Assembly (NCBI GenBank): GCA_013265495.1
Contig: MU060970.1
Location: 10,369,063-10,433,062, forward strand
DNA: 64,000 nt
Reading direction: 5' to 3'
DNA from: Vicugna vicugna
Taxonomy: Eukaryota
Both the position numbers and the translations under genes were made by a program. This document shows, piece by piece, positions 11,721-25,182 of this stretch. Under the pieces are notes generated by a model, which saw nothing but the letters and a program-made list of their open reading frames with translations, made no database searches and had not been told where the DNA came from. Every line of letters begins with the position of its first letter. The stretch's first letter is position 1.

Positions 11721-14700
11721 GGAGCCTGGGTGCTGGGGAGAAGTACCGGGAACACAGCGGGCAGGGTGGGGTCACAGGTCGGATGGGGGCGCCCTGGGAG
11801 TCCCCTTCAGCATGCCGTGACTCCCATCCCGCGGCAGGGAGGCTGCTGGGACTGCTAGGCAGGGGGCAGCCGTTCTCTGCCAAGTGCCCTGGCTAGGCAG
11901 TCGGCATATCTGTATGCTCGGACAGCTGCCAAGCAGCTGCCTTTCCAACCCTTCCCTGCTCAGAGAGCCCGGGCATGAGCACCTTCTGTAAAATAGGAGA
12001 TAAACACAGTGGAGACAGACCACTGTGTTCTAGTGGGTGTCACTAACTTTTGACACCTGTGGCATCTCCCTGCCCCGCCTCAGGGCTCCAGGATCTCACA
12101 TGGTGCAGGAGTTGTGTACTTTTTAGCCAGTGCCAAGTACCTTGGTGACACTCCTGGTTGAGCTTTGGAGGCCACTGGTCTGCTTCTGCACATGGGCACC
12201 CATCTGGTCCTTAACCTGAGGGTCTGATGGCTGAGAGTTGTGGTCATCTGGTTCCTGGCATCCTAGCAAAGCTGTAGCTCAGGGACCAGTGTGGGGCACT
12301 GGGGAGAATGTGGGATACTTCCCAGCTTGGCTCTGAGCCCCTTCTAGGTCCTTGGATAACATATAGCATCTTTCTGGCCTCAGTTTCCTGAGCTCAGACA
12401 CAGAAGCCATATACATGGAAATGCCAGTTTCCTTCTCCAAAGTCTAGACTGTCATAATACCAGGTAGTCTCCTTGTCAGAACACAGGGGGTCCTTGGTGG
12501 GGGTGGGAGGGGCAAAGGTCCTTGTACTCACAGCCTGGCCCCTAGTTCTTGCCTGCCCAGAACTGAAGAAGCTGGATCTCATGGGAAGAAGGGGCCAGCA
12601 GGCAGCCTATGGAACTAAACGTCAAACTTTTTCCCTGGGAAGGCTCAGGGAAAGTGTGAGTCATGCAGGGAGTCTGAGGAAGGCAGGAGGGAGGTGGGGA
12701 GCTTGGCAAGGGACCCAATGGGTGAGCCAGAAGAATAGGAGGATGGGCAGGACAGGGTGAGAGCAAGAGGAGGAGTCTGAGAGAATCTGGAAAACACCTG
12801 AGAAACAAACTGGGGAGCCTGCAGGCAGCAGGTTGTCTCTGCACTTGGAAGCTGGCCTGGGTCTGCTCTAAGGAGGAGGGAGCCCACAACCCCCGGCAGA
12901 GCTGCCTAAGCCCTGAACTGGATGCTCCCCAGGAAGAGCAATAGGGGGTGAGGGAGCAATGTCTGCACCAAAGCCATGGCTCATGGTGGACACTGCTTCC
13001 CAAAGGAGCAGGGCACGGTGGCAGGCAGGAAGGCCAGCGTCCCGCCCACCACAGACCACCTGCCCTGCCCCATACTTTCCAAGTGACCCCCCCAAGAGGC
13101 CCTTCAGTTTTCTTACCCTAACCTGTCCTCCTCTGGCTGGGCTGTTCTCTGTTCAGCAGCCCCAGTTTGAGAAACTGAGTCCTAGAGAACTAGGGCTAGG
13201 GAGCCAGCCTGCAGAGCACCCGGTAGCAGAGAGGCTCAGAGCCCCTCACTGCATATCGTCTACACAGCCAGGAGACTTCGCCCCTAGAGGTCCGGGCTAC
13301 TTAATCAGCTTGGGACTCCATCTCTTCCTGGGCCCAGCTCAGGGACATAATTAGGGTTTGAAGCAGCTTTCCACTGAAAGGAGTCAGGAGAATTCTCTTA
13401 GTTTTGAACTACCCTGGACTCAGTATTCTTAACTGTAATATGGGTATACTAATCAATGTACATCCTATTCTCCAGTACAGTGTGCAGCAAGGGGGACAAA
13501 AGATGGGGAGGCCTGGTTGCAGGTATGGCCAAGAGGGTCCGTGAATAGGAAAGACCCGCTCACCAGTGTGCTGAGGTGCCCGGCTGCCCTGGGCAGGATT
13601 GCTCAAGGTTAAACAAAGCCTTTACGCTTTTGGAAGGTGAGATGGAAGTGGCTGGTGCAGACCTGTTCTCTAGCTCTTGGGGCTGGGCCCACACCATGGA
13701 GAATGGTGGTGGTGAGCATGGCGCTCAGGAGCCCAGGAAAAGTTGCAGGTGGCCCTTTCCTGGGCCTGACTCAGGATGAGATGGGTTGAGGAGGCACATA
13801 GGGAGCCAGGACCCAGCAGACCCCAAGGGTGGGAGAGCCTCTCCTTTTCCTTTTGGCATCCCTAGGACCTGTGGAAGTTACTGACTTTGCCACGTCCTCA
13901 CAGGCTGACCCAGGAGTCCCAGATTCTGGTGCTAGCCCACTGAGGCACACTGGGGCCAGGGAGGGGAGAGTCCATCTTCCCCTCCTAGTAAACAGGGTTG
14001 CAGGACCTTGTTGAGTAACCCAGTGGTGCAAGCTTCTGATACATCAATGATCAGCTCTTAGGAAATCCACAATCCTCTGCCCAGAGGCCTTGGGATGGAG
14101 AGAAGCAGGCTTGAGGCCAGCCCACGGGCCTAAGGAGGCATCTACTCAATGCCGGGGCACCCAGCAATACTGGGGAGCCCCTTGCTGAGCAGGGCTGGTT
14201 GCTCCTGCTTTCCCCCAAGCAGGGCAAATGTTCCTTGCTGGGGTCTAATCTCCCCAGGAGAGGGTGGCCCAGGTGGGAGGTACGTGGCTGGGAGGCTGAA
14301 AGAGGCTATCTTCCTACACGCACACACACATGGGATCTTAGTCCAAGCAGACAGAGGGGAAGAAGAGAGGAAGGAAACGGTCCTCGGTGCCCATCGGGTC
14401 TACCGGCTGTGCCCCTCTCAACCAGCATTGACCAAGCCCACAGACTGAGTTTGAGGCCCCAGGTTTTAAGCCAACTGTTCATCCAGGAGCAGTCTGGCCT
14501 TACCAGGGGAGGATTAACTAGACATCCACGGTACAGCTTCTGATGGACCCTCAGATCCCCTTAGCAGCAGCACTGGCACGCCCAAGGCCTTCCTGAGGCC
14601 AGCCTGTGTGGGAACGGTGAAGTGAGAGACCTGGAGTTGTGTGCCCTGCATGCCTGCATTCCCGTACAGCCTTGGTACTTAGCAGTCTGGCCTGGGGGGT

Positions 14701-14754
14701 CAGTCAAGACCTACGCTCAAATCCCAAGATGGCCTTAGGCTGTCTGTGGCTTTG

Positions 14755-14890
14755 GGCAGGTTATTCAGCATCCCTGAGCAAGTTCTCTCATTTCTCCAAT
14801 AGGGGTGATGATAGCACCTCCCTCAGAGGGCTGCTGTGAAGTCAGTGCACACTTAACCCGGTGCCTGGCACCTGGTGAACGCTGTGTAGT
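14755..14890 (+). mobile_element. MIR
   Basis: tttgggcaggttattcagc...gatgatagcacctccctcagagggctgctgtgaag...gtgcctggcacctggt. Confidence 0.6.
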
Positions 14891-15544
14891 ATGATCCTGC
14901 CTCTTGGCTTTTGGAGACCGCATGCCATCGGCTCACCATCTGAGCTCCTTGCTGTCTGTAGGGTCTGGCGGAGTGCCCTGAGCATGGGAAGGCATTGACT
15001 GGTTTCCCTGGGATAGGACTCTCTGGAACCCTGGAAGTCTGAAGGTTTGCATGCTGGGCCCAGTCCCCTCTAGGCACTTAGTGTGAAATATCCATGGAAG
15101 GGCCTGTAGATTCTCCTCGTAAAGTCCCCAGAGATGGGGACTTTGCAGCTTCGAGGCAAGCTGGGCCCAGAGTTTGCTGGACTCATTGGGGTCCTTCTTG
15201 CAACTGATCTTAACATTCAGCATATTTTCTTTGGCTGACCATCCCCAGAAAGACATGGGCCACCATTGTGCCCATCAGGAATTCAGTACTGAAGTTGCTC
15301 TGCTCTGACCAAGCCAGCCTAGTCCCCTAACCTTTCTACATAGGATCTTATTTCCCATGCAGACCGAAGGTCAAGTCCTGCTTCTGCTGTTCACTTACTG
15401 TGGGACCACAAACCCACACACCCCCTCTATCTGAGCCCTGGGCAGGCTGGGTGCCATGGTCTCAGCAAGGCTGACCACTCGCATCTGAAGGGTAATTCTA
15501 TGATGATGTTTCCTGACCTTCAGTCATTTGTTCATCACTCTGGG

Positions 15545-15945
15545 GATTTCTACAGTGTCTGCCTATCACCATATGTACTTTCTTGAAATCTATTCATTTA
15601 CTTAAGTAAATAGATTTTTGAAGGAAACTTTATATCACTGCCATAAATGGAAAGCCAGTATCACTTGCCATAAATAGAACAAAACCATAAAAGTACATAA
15701 TAGGAAAACCAAATAAGGTAAATTTTAGTTGGAAACTATAGCCTGGGGAAGGCTCTAAGCCGGCTGTACCTTGCAAGAAAGGAAAAAAAAAGAGCTTAGC
15801 AAGTAACAGATGCTTTGAAGACATATTGGCATCAAACTGGGACTTTCTCTTTGATGTAATCAGGACTGAAAGAGAATCGAAAAGGGAATAACCTTCTCTC
15901 TATGTGATTCAGTATTATTTAATGCCATAAAACTGAAAGTAAAAC
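15545..15945. mobile_element. hAT-Charlie-type DNA transposon relic
   Basis: AT-rich block with ggaaactttatatcactgccataaatggaaagccagtatcacttgccataaataga, recalled as Charlie-like; family not certain. Confidence 0.55.
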
Positions 15946-16334
15946 TACCTACCCTACAGACGCCGTCAGCTCCCCTCCCTCACTGCAGAAGCAGACGCGC
16001 ACCATCGTGAGGAGTGGCAGCTGGTGGCAGGGGGACAGTTCTGCTCTCCTGAGAGAAGGGAGCAGTGCTCATGATCCTAAGAAGTCAGGACAGAGTCGGC
16101 AGGCCTTTCTGGGCTTCTTCCTGTCCCTAATTCTCCTAGCCTCTGTCGCCTCCCCCAGATAAATATAGTGGCTCGAGCTGGGTCGTCTCCCGACACTGGG
16201 GCCAAGTTGTTGTTCCAACAGTCACAGGGAGAGCGGGAGAGGGAGTTGCAGCCTCGCTGGCCAGGTCATCCTGTCCATCTGCAGGAAGTAGGTGGAGCAT
16301 CCAGCAATCCCTGGCTACTTCTACACTCCAGACT

Positions 16335-16535
16335 TCTGGAGCCAGATGGCCTGGGTACCACCACTTACTATTCGTGAGACTCTGTACAAGTTACTTAACC
16401 TGTTTGTGCTTCAGTTTCCGCATCTGTAAAATGGAGATGATAATAGTACCTACCTCTTAGGAAGGGAGGATTAAATAAGCAAATACATGTGAAAGTGATT
16501 AGAATGATGCTGGCACAGAGTAAGTGCCAGCTACT
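16335..16535 (+). mobile_element. MIR
   Basis: caagttacttaacctgtttgtgcttcagtttccgcatctgtaaaatggagatgataatagtacctacctc: MIR core. Confidence 0.85.
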
Positions 16536-17924
16536 ACCACTACCCCTGAGACTCCTCAACTGAGGTTAGAGCACAGAAAGATGTGAATCTGAACCTTAGA
16601 AAGTCTTTACAGCACAGGATCTTGAGGGTAGCTGGCTGGGGCTGGTAGTCTGGGCTACGTACAGTCGTCCTTAGGGAGGGCATGGGATAGTTGGGGAAAG
16701 AGTCGTCCAGAGAAGCATCCACTGGTGTGGTTCTGGCCAGCCGCCCAGGCCCTCCCCGAGGAGGTGTGCTGACCAACAGCCTCCAGCCCCGGATGCATCG
16801 ATGCTTTCCCAAGGTGCTGGAAGTGCCGCTTCCTCCCATAGAGCCTGGCTTCCCCTTCCCGGTCTCCTTGGTCTGATGTGAATGGCCACTTCCTGCCGGG
16901 GCAGGTATCAATAAACACATCTGAGATACCCTTTGTCCTCACTAGCCACGGAGCCCTAGGGGTGGACCTGCCAGCTTTGGGCCCTCAGCCCCTCACCCCG
17001 GGGTTACTTCCTGGAGCCTAGCACTGGAATCAGGACCAGTCCTGATTGGTCCTTGCCTCTGTTTCCCGCTGCATTCTGCATTGTGATAAAGACAAAGCCT
17101 AGCCTTTCCTTATACCCTCCATGGACTGTCCTGGAGGACAGGACCTGGCAGAGAGCTGGAGACCAGGTCCATGTCTTTTTGGGGCCCCCTCGGAGGGTGA
17201 GGGTATCTCTGAGGGCCTTTTGTACCTAGCCCAGGGCCAGCAACAGCAGGCCATCAGTGACTGTTTACTTACAACCCCTAACAGCTGGACAGAGTTCAGC
17301 TGTTTGGGTGGGGCCTCAACTGATTACTCAGGCCTGGGACCCACCTCCAAAGGCTGGGCTGTTTCCTTGGCAACTGCAGGCCAAGCTCACGCCCCATTAG
17401 GGAAAATATACAGGCCTGTCCACACCCACACACACCCATCCCATGCACACCCACAGGGTTTCACAAGGTGCCTGCTAGAGGGAAAGAGATCACAAAAACT
17501 TGCATCCTGAGATGAAGCCAAACAAGAGCTCCTTTCCTCTGCCCTGGAACAGAAACTATTACAAGAGGCTTAGCCCATCTGTGGCTGAGGATCCCACTGC
17601 TAGAAAGCGGCAGAAGCAGGACTAAATTCTGAGCAGAAGTTCCTTAAGGAACTCTGCACCCCCATGGCCTCTCTGCCTTGGGCCTGGCTCACGTTGGGAC
17701 CTTGGTAAATATTTATGGAATGAAAGATGTTTTCAGTTTGGGTCTGAGGCAGAGTAAGGATGGCTGTGTGGAAAGTGCAGAAGTCAACTGGAGGTCAGTT
17801 CACTCTCTAAGTAGCTGGAGGATGAGGCGTCAGCCCCACCTGCTTGGGGGCGGGGGGCTCTTCCTGTCTGCAGTGCTGGCATGTCCAGGGTGTGGGCCTC
17901 AGTTCAGCCGCATGGGGCCTTATG

Positions 17925-18085
17925 GCCTTGGGCAAACCGCTTAACTTCTCTTGAGTCTATTTCTTTAAAATAATCTTTAAAATATGGGGATGATAATACC
18001 TACATCAGGGGTGTTATGAGGATTAAATGAAGTGAGTATAAAGTGCTCAGCATGTCCGAACCGTAAGAAGCGCTCACAAATGCCC
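17925..18085 (+). mobile_element. MIR
   Basis: ccttgggcaaaccgcttaacttctct...gataatacctacatcaggggtgttatgaggattaaatga. Confidence 0.8.
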
Positions 18086-19929
18086 ATGATCACCTTTGTG
18101 GCTCATTTCTGCCTCCTTCCTCTGCTCTGAGGAAAGACAATCCTTCTCACCTGCCACAGGGTTTCAGAGCTGGAGGGGGCCTAGGAATGTGGGGAGTCTC
18201 TCAAGATAGGATGAAGAAAGGGAGGATCAGAGAAGGATGGGACTTGCCCAGAGGTGCACAGCAAGGGCATGGCTAAGTGAGGACTAGGGCCTGGGGATCT
18301 GCCTCCTCAGGCCAAAGTAGTAATCCTGAGACCCAGAATTTCCCAGGTTCACAGCATTCTTCCTCCAGCTGCTTCTGCCACCTTACCCAGCAGCTGGTAG
18401 GAGCTGGGGTTGGGTGCTGGGCCCCAAGTACAGCACAATGATGCATGGCTCCCATACGGACACAGGCTCAGACCGAGGGCGGGGGGCATTTTCCTGTCCC
18501 ACATGCCCTTGGCCACCCTGGAGCCAGGGGCCTTCCTCCCCACCCACTCCCCCTACTCTCTGACAATGCCCCAGGTGTCCAAAAGGATCTGCTCCTGACA
18601 ATAAGCAACATCCTCCTGTCGAAGAATTGTAATTCCAGATGGGCTATTTATAGGCCCTGATAACACACGTGCGCATGTGCAGTTGTGGATGGTGTGGGGC
18701 ATGTGTGCTGTTTTCTCTAAGGCCGTGCCCTTGAGAGTCCCCCTAAGGACAGGCTGCCTCCACGCCTTGTCCTGGCTGGAGTCTCAGACACAACAAACAA
18801 GATGTTTTCTCTCCTCCAGGACAAACCCTGTGGATGCCTGGCCCGCTCTTGTCTGGCCTTTTTGCTGAAATTGAACTCCCTCTCGTCCACACCCAAACCT
18901 AAAGTCCAATGAAGCTTCTCCTTTTTCTAAAAGGGGAAGAGATCCTTCTGGGGCATATGGGGTGCTAGGGATTGAGCAATGCTTCTCCCCACCTCTAACT
19001 CTTAACTCTCTGTGAGTCCTCAAGTAAATTGCCTCTCGGGCTTAAAATCGCCTCATTCTGTGGTTGTTAACACCATTGCTTGGACCCAGAGGGCTCCGGG
19101 CCTGCCGCCTTGCTGGAGGCCCTGCTGCTTGCTCCTACCCTGCCCCACCTCCCTGTTCTCACGACACCTACCCCACCCACAAGCTAGCTTCATCTTGCCA
19201 GCATCTTGGCCCCACCCCAACCACACCTCTGTCCACTTAGCATCCCCACCCCACTCAGCTCTGTGCTCCACTTCTTCCTTCTGTCTCCATCTCTAACTCT
19301 GCCTGTCCTCCTCCACCCACCCCAGACTTACGGCCCTAGCTTTTACTGAGCCAGCCTCCCCATAGCCCCCAAGGTGTGTGTGCATGAGCAAATGCTACTG
19401 AATCTGGATTCAGCCCCCACCCCTGGGGGCAGCTCTGGGACTGAAGATTTTGGGAAAAGGGAAAACCAGCTGGGAAAGATGCTGGTGGGAGCTGCCACAT
19501 GGCCTGCTAAGGAAAGGGGGTGTGCAGGGCAGAGATAATCCGGGGTCTACTCTTTGGGTAGGTTTTTGCTCTTCCTCAGAAGAGCCTTTCTGTAGCTACT
19601 CCCCACCTCCATTTACTGGCACAGCCATAATTCTACAGCTACGCTTCCACTGGGGACCTTGGGTAGGTCAGCTCCTCTCTGAGTCTGAGGGTCACATTTG
19701 TAGGACAATGGGCTTGGGCAGTAGAATTCCTCCCTGGTTAGCCCAAGGAGCCACAGTCATGGATCAGAAACTCAAATGTCCACGGGGCATTTATGGTGAG
19801 GGTGTGAAGCAGGCCAGGTGGAGACACTAGGGAGTAGTGGGGACTGTGGCAAGCTGGAATGGCAGTTCCCCATCTAAAGGGGAGGCTGCTACTCAGCTTA
19901 AGCTGATGACTGCCTTGTAGGAAAGTTGG

Positions 19930-20100
19930 TTTAATGTTAATCTTTTGATTTTCAAAGAGAACCTAGAGGTCAGAGTTTTCATATCAAGTTCCCGGTTTCT
20001 AAATGTTGGTGATCTACAAAAAAAATGTAAAATACTTTCAGAGTCAAATAAAATATGTTTGAAGGCTGGGTATGGCCTGTATGCTGCCAGTTTCTGAAAT
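19930..20100 (+). mobile_element. hAT-type MITE relic (related copies near 25985-26110 and 47345-47478)
   Basis: Shared motif ttttcaa...ccagatttt...aaatgttggc...aaaa(c/t)a(c/t)(a/g)t(c/t)tg...ggcc in three dispersed copies. Confidence 0.55.
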
Positions 20101-20129
20101 TTTTTCTTTCAGTCAGTGTCTAAGTGCCT

Positions 20130-20295
20130 CAGTTTAATTCTGACTCTCATACTTATTTGCTATGTGATTTTCTGTAAGTTTCTTAACATCTCTGTGCCTC
20201 AGTTTCCTCATTGGCGAAACAGGAATAAAGATAACACCAACTCTACAGGGCCGTTAGACATGCCCATAAAGCACTTAGCATAGCACAATACATGC
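20130..20295 (+). mobile_element. MIR
   Basis: tttcttaacatctctgtgcctcagtttcctcatt...aaagcacttagcatagcac. Confidence 0.75.
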
Positions 20296-22415
20296 TATTT
20301 CTTCTTCTTCTAGTTCTAGCTAGATCCTGCTTTACCTGAAGCCCCTATACCCCAGGTTCTGAGTTCACACCCTCTGGAACTTCAGCAAACCACTTTCCCT
20401 TTCTGGGCTTCTACATTTTTGCCTGAAAAGGAGATCAGCATCTTGCTAAAGCAGTTCTGAAATCTCTGCTCACCTTAGCAATGACTTTCCAAAAATCTGG
20501 GGCTCCAAAACATGGCTCCCTCTCGCATGTGGGTAGAGTGAATGGGAGGCTCTGGTGTGTATCTGCTGTCCTTGCCTTCTGGGACTTAAAACTCCACCTT
20601 TGCGGAACTATCCTTTCAGGCCATGACTTTGCTGCCTCCTTGCACTCTGCTTTCAATATGCCAAGATTGGGTTACAGCTGTTGTCAGTCATTCACACCTT
20701 AGTAGGAAAGAATCTGAAGCTGGCTTCTCCATTCTATTGTGTAGAAGGAATTATCTCTTGAATTGCAGAAATGAGTTAGCTCCCAGGTATCAAGGACCAA
20801 CTTTCAGAGCATTCCACGTAAATTATCTGTAATTCTGTCTCAGCTCTGACAGGACATGTTTCCCCTTCTGTGCTTTACAGTGAGGAGTCTAAGGCTCAGA
20901 GTCTAAGTAATGCACAGCTGTCGGGCTCCAGTGCAGGTTGGGTCAATGCCAAAGCTACACCAGGCTGCCTCTCTCCTGACTGAACCAGGATTTCAGCTCT
21001 GCAGGGGAACTGGGGTGGGGGGTGGGTACTAAAGGCAGTGAAGCGGCATTTGGAGAAGGAAGTGACCTTGTTATTTTGGGTTCAGGCAATGGCAATGGAA
21101 AGGACACACCTATTTGGGTCCTGTACCTATTTCCAAATTCTTCCCTGTCTGCCCACAACAGCCCCTAAGATGCCAATCAAAATTAAAGTACCACTAATAT
21201 CTAATCATCACAGCTATCCCTCCTATGTCTGCAGAGGGCATGAGAGCTCACATCTCGTGTCCTCCTCTTTCCCTCCTCCATCCTCTCTCAACCCTGTGTT
21301 GTAGCTAATATTTCCTGCATTGCACACAAGAGGAAGCTGAGGCTCACAGCTAGATAGAATTTTCTGTTAAGGGCTAGTGCTTTTGGGGGTCAACATGGTT
21401 AAAAGCTGGGAGATTGGGGTAGGGTAAAGAGAACGAGGGGATTGCTTCACTTGCTTATTGAAAACAATGAAAAAGAAAATATTTCTGAGATTGGGTGGCA
21501 GGCAGGAGCCTGGATGAGATGACCTTTCTGCATTCCCCAACCCTGCCCTTGAGACACCTTGGTTTTCCTGCTTCCCCATTACCTTACTCAGGGCACCCTC
21601 TCTACTTGCTGGAATCCTGTCCATCCATCAACCTCAAAGACCCTCCCTCCTTCAAGAGTCCCTTGACCATCCCCAGGAAGGCCATGTCCTCTCTAATCCA
21701 AGTGCCCTGAAGGCTGGCACCAGTTTACCCTTTAGCCTCTGGGGTTACTTGGTCAAGACGCAGGACTTGTCTGCCCAGCTAGGTCATAAGCTCCCAGGGG
21801 AGGCCACATCTTCAGCATCCAAGTGAGATGTAGCACCTGGCATAGGCTTCACACAGGGAGATGCTCCATTAGTACTCACTGATGAGGAGGTGGGGAGGCA
21901 CGGCCAGCCCCAGGAATGGGAAGGCCCAGAGGTGCTGATGGCCCCTAGACGGGTGGTCAAGAGCAAAGGACCACTGTTCCCAAACAGCCTTCTACTCCCC
22001 AACCTGCCTCCCACCTGACGGTGCCAGGCACGGAGGCTGGAAGTGCCAGGGGCCAGGCCAGGGCAGAGCCACAGTGCCTGTAGCAGAGGGGTGGGAGCTG
22101 GGTCCAGGGCACATGAGCCACCGGGCAGAGGGACGCATACTGGCTGGGCCCAGTCCACTGCCTGCCTGGGGTCTCTCTACCTTGTCCAGCTTCACCTGGG
22201 GAAGTTCCTGTGGTTCCTCCCACACAGCCTGGGACGGAGTCGGGTTTGTGAGCTAGTGAAGAAGCTGAGGCTTGCGGATGTCAGCTGACTTGCCTGGAGC
22301 TTGTGGCTGGTGAACTTGCATCTTTGAAACCCTAGGCCAGTGTTCTTCCCTACTCAGAGGGCACTGGGAGTGGCGCTGTCTCAAGCAGGTGACATGTTCT
22401 CATCTCTCTGAGCAG

Positions 22416-22841
22416 GTCTGGTGACAGCATTCAAGGTCGCCACGCCATATTCCCTGTACGTGTGTCCCGAGGGGCAGAATGTCACTCTCACCTGCAGACT
22501 CTTGGGCCCCATGGCCAAAGGGCACGAAGTGACCTTCTACAAGACCTGGTACCGCAGCTCGCGGGGCGAGGTGCAGGTCTGCTCGGAGCGCCGCCCTATC
22601 CGTAACCTCACATTCCAGGACCTTCACCTGCACCACAGTGGCCACCAGGCCAACTCCAGTCAAGATCTGGCACAGAGCCACGGGCTGGAGTCAGCCTCGG
22701 ACCATCACGGCAACTTCACCATTACCATGCGCAACCTGACCTTGCTGGACGGCGGCCTCTACTGCTGCCTGGTGGTGGAGATCAGGCACCACCACTCAGA
22801 GCAGCGGGTCTATGGAGCCATGGAGCTGCAGGTGCAGAGAG
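22416..22841 (+). CDS. VSIR: VSIR exon 2, IgV domain ([27 protein letters not shown]...[27 protein letters not shown])
   Basis: gagcag|GTCTG...AGAG|gtgagg; ORF 22421..22978; VISTA-specific Cys pattern and His clusters. Confidence 0.98.
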
Positions 22842-23135
22842 GTGAGGGCTTCCTCTGCAGGACAGCTGGGAGGTGTTGTTCCTGTGGGTGTGGTTCTGTG
22901 CTGGACTGGAAGGGTGAGCAGAGAGAAGGACAGTGTGACTGTTGGGGGTGGCGCTGCTACTACAGGGTGAGTGAATGAGATGGGGTGGGATGCTGTCTCA
23001 GTCTCTCTGGTTAGCTCGTTGTGATGGAGAGGAAGGGTGTAGGTGGCTCTATTTATGATGGTGGGACTTTTAAATGGGAGAGGGTATATGATCCTGGGCT
23101 GGGAGTGTGACTGCTCATGACAGTTCCACAGCAGC

Positions 23136-23175
23136 GTGTGTGTGTGTGTGTGTGTGTGTGTCTGTCTGTCTGTCT
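23136..23175. repeat. (GT)12 microsatellite followed by (TCTG)n
   Basis: Directly visible in VSIR intron 2. Confidence 0.95.
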
Positions 23176-23464
23176 AGGTGAGAAGGCAAGGGGTAGTGGA
23201 CTAGACAGAGGTGTGGGTGAGGGCAGGTATCCACAGGCCCCTGGGGTGGCACGACAGTGGGCAGGGCATGCCTGGCCGTGCAGTGAGAACATGCCCTTGT
23301 GCGTGCATGTGTGTATGTGCCTGAAGGTTCCAGCTCGGCCAACACTGCCAAGGGGACACTAGCACGAGTACTTGTGACAAAAGTGAGGCACGCCAGCCTG
23401 GACAAGCCTCCCTGGCTTCCTGAGCCTGACGCCCACCTAATGACCCTTTTCTTCGCTCCCACAG

Positions 23465-23521
23465 GCGAAGAAGCACCATCCAACTGCATCGCGTACCCAC
23501 CCTCCTCCAAGGAGAGTGAAA
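23465..23521 (+). CDS. VSIR: VSIR exon 3, stalk (GEEAPSNCIAYPPSSKESE), 57 nt
   Basis: ccacag|GCGAA...GAAA|gtaagg. Confidence 0.96.
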
Positions 23522-24019
23522 GTAAGGAACCACCCTCTTGGTCCTTCTGGGTTCTCTATTCTCCTGTCCTCCTCCTGGACCCAGACCCCATCCTGAACTT
23601 TGACCTCATCACCCCAAGCCCACAGAACCCCTATTCCTCCTCCTTTGCTGCTGCCCCTCCCTTTTGTTCCCTCCTCCACCTGAGCCATTGGGCTGCAACC
23701 CCCAGAAGCCCATGCTCTGTCTAAGGCCCAAAGCCTGAGGAAGCTGCATCCTGGAACCCTAGCTCCTGACTCCCTGGGTGGGGCTGTGCCCTGGCCGTGA
23801 CCTTTGGCCAACATGACAGGTCCTGGGTGTCACAAGCTGTCGAGCTCGTTTTCTGTGGGCACTGCTCCTACCCACCAGCCCTCTGCCACATGGGAAGGTT
23901 GGAGGGCTGTGTGTAGGGGGATCCTCTTGGCTTGGATTCAACTACTTAAAATTTCTTTGTTCTGCTTGTGGGGGAGGGAGGAGGAAGAGGCTCAGAAAGG
24001 GAACAGAACTGCCTTTTCT

Positions 24020-24170
24020 AGAGCTCCTACTATGTGCCAGACACCATGCCAAGTCCTTCCAAGTATCAGTGGTTTCTTGTAAGAACCCTGTGAAGTAGGT
24101 GTCACCATCTTCACTTTATATACATGGACACAGAGGCCCAGAGAGGTGACATAACACCTCAACTCACACA
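24020..24170 (-). mobile_element. MIR
   Basis: tactatgtgccagacaccatgccaag...aagaaccctgtgaagtaggt...acagaggcccagagaggtga. Confidence 0.75.
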
Positions 24171-25182
24171 GCCTACGAGGGAAGCATGCTGGGAATGTCA
24201 CCTTCTTCCCATGGTTGGGGAGAAGCCTAGATGTGCAGTGCCATGGGTGGCAGTCAGCCCCCTGGTGTTGGTCCAGAGATGCCCTACAGGGGATGGGGGC
24301 ACTTGCCAGGCAAGAATGTCCAGCAGCTTGGAGACAGCAGGCAAAGGGTACACGTCTTAGGGGCACCCCCTCTTCTGAGAGCTGAAGGTCTTGGCTTCCT
24401 CAGCCTTCTCTTCATTAGTGTTTATAGGGTATCTAGTGTGGACCAGCTCCTGCTGAGTCCCCAGGGGTACAAAAGTGCAGGCCTCCTTCCTGCCCTCCAG
24501 GAGGACATACACGAAAACAGAGGCCAGGACTGGGAACAGCTCAACTACAGCCCCTGCCAAAGCCCTACTCAAAGGCCGTGGTGACTTTCTACTCAAACTA
24601 TTCTTTTTTCTTTGACCCAAACAATGGACCAGCCAGGAACAAAATTAGAACACACAGTTCTATCTGAGCCAGACCCACATGGAGCTAAGAACAAGCCCCT
24701 CTGCCTGCACACCACAGAGCTCACGTGTGGCCTCGGCACCAAGCCACTGCCTTCCTCACTTTCTCCACCGGCAACTCCCTGAGGAGGGTGGAGAGGGAGC
24801 CCCCAACAGCCCCTCCCTTCCCATACAGCAGTCTCACGACTGTGCAAACACACGTCCCTGTGCATAGGACCGGGTGAGCCTCACCTGGCGGGCCCCACGA
24901 GTGTTCACTTCCCCATGACTCCATCTATCTGAGCAACCGCTAGCCCCACTTCTGCCTCCAGGAGCTTCTGCAGAAACAGGCACCTCTGCTACTGTCCCCA
25001 TTTCACAGATGTGGAAACTGAGATTCAGACAGGTGAAAGGACTTGTTCCCAGTCTCTCAGACTCCCTGAGCCAAGAGGAGAAGTCAGAGTGCCTGATTCT
25101 CAGTGTGCAAACCCTGCCTGAGTGCTGGGGCCCTCTCCTCTATAAATGCTAATTTTCTGAGAATAAGGTGTGTGAGTTAAGT

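Noticed and set aside
11311-11896. Several overlapping ORFs on both strands around VSIR exon 1
   Set aside because: Stop-codon scarcity in a CpG-rich promoter; only 11627-11708 is coding.
22389-22415. Upstream CAG 27 nt before the VSIR exon 2 acceptor (in-frame alternative acceptor)
   Set aside because: The extension contains an in-frame TGA and has no good pyrimidine tract before it.
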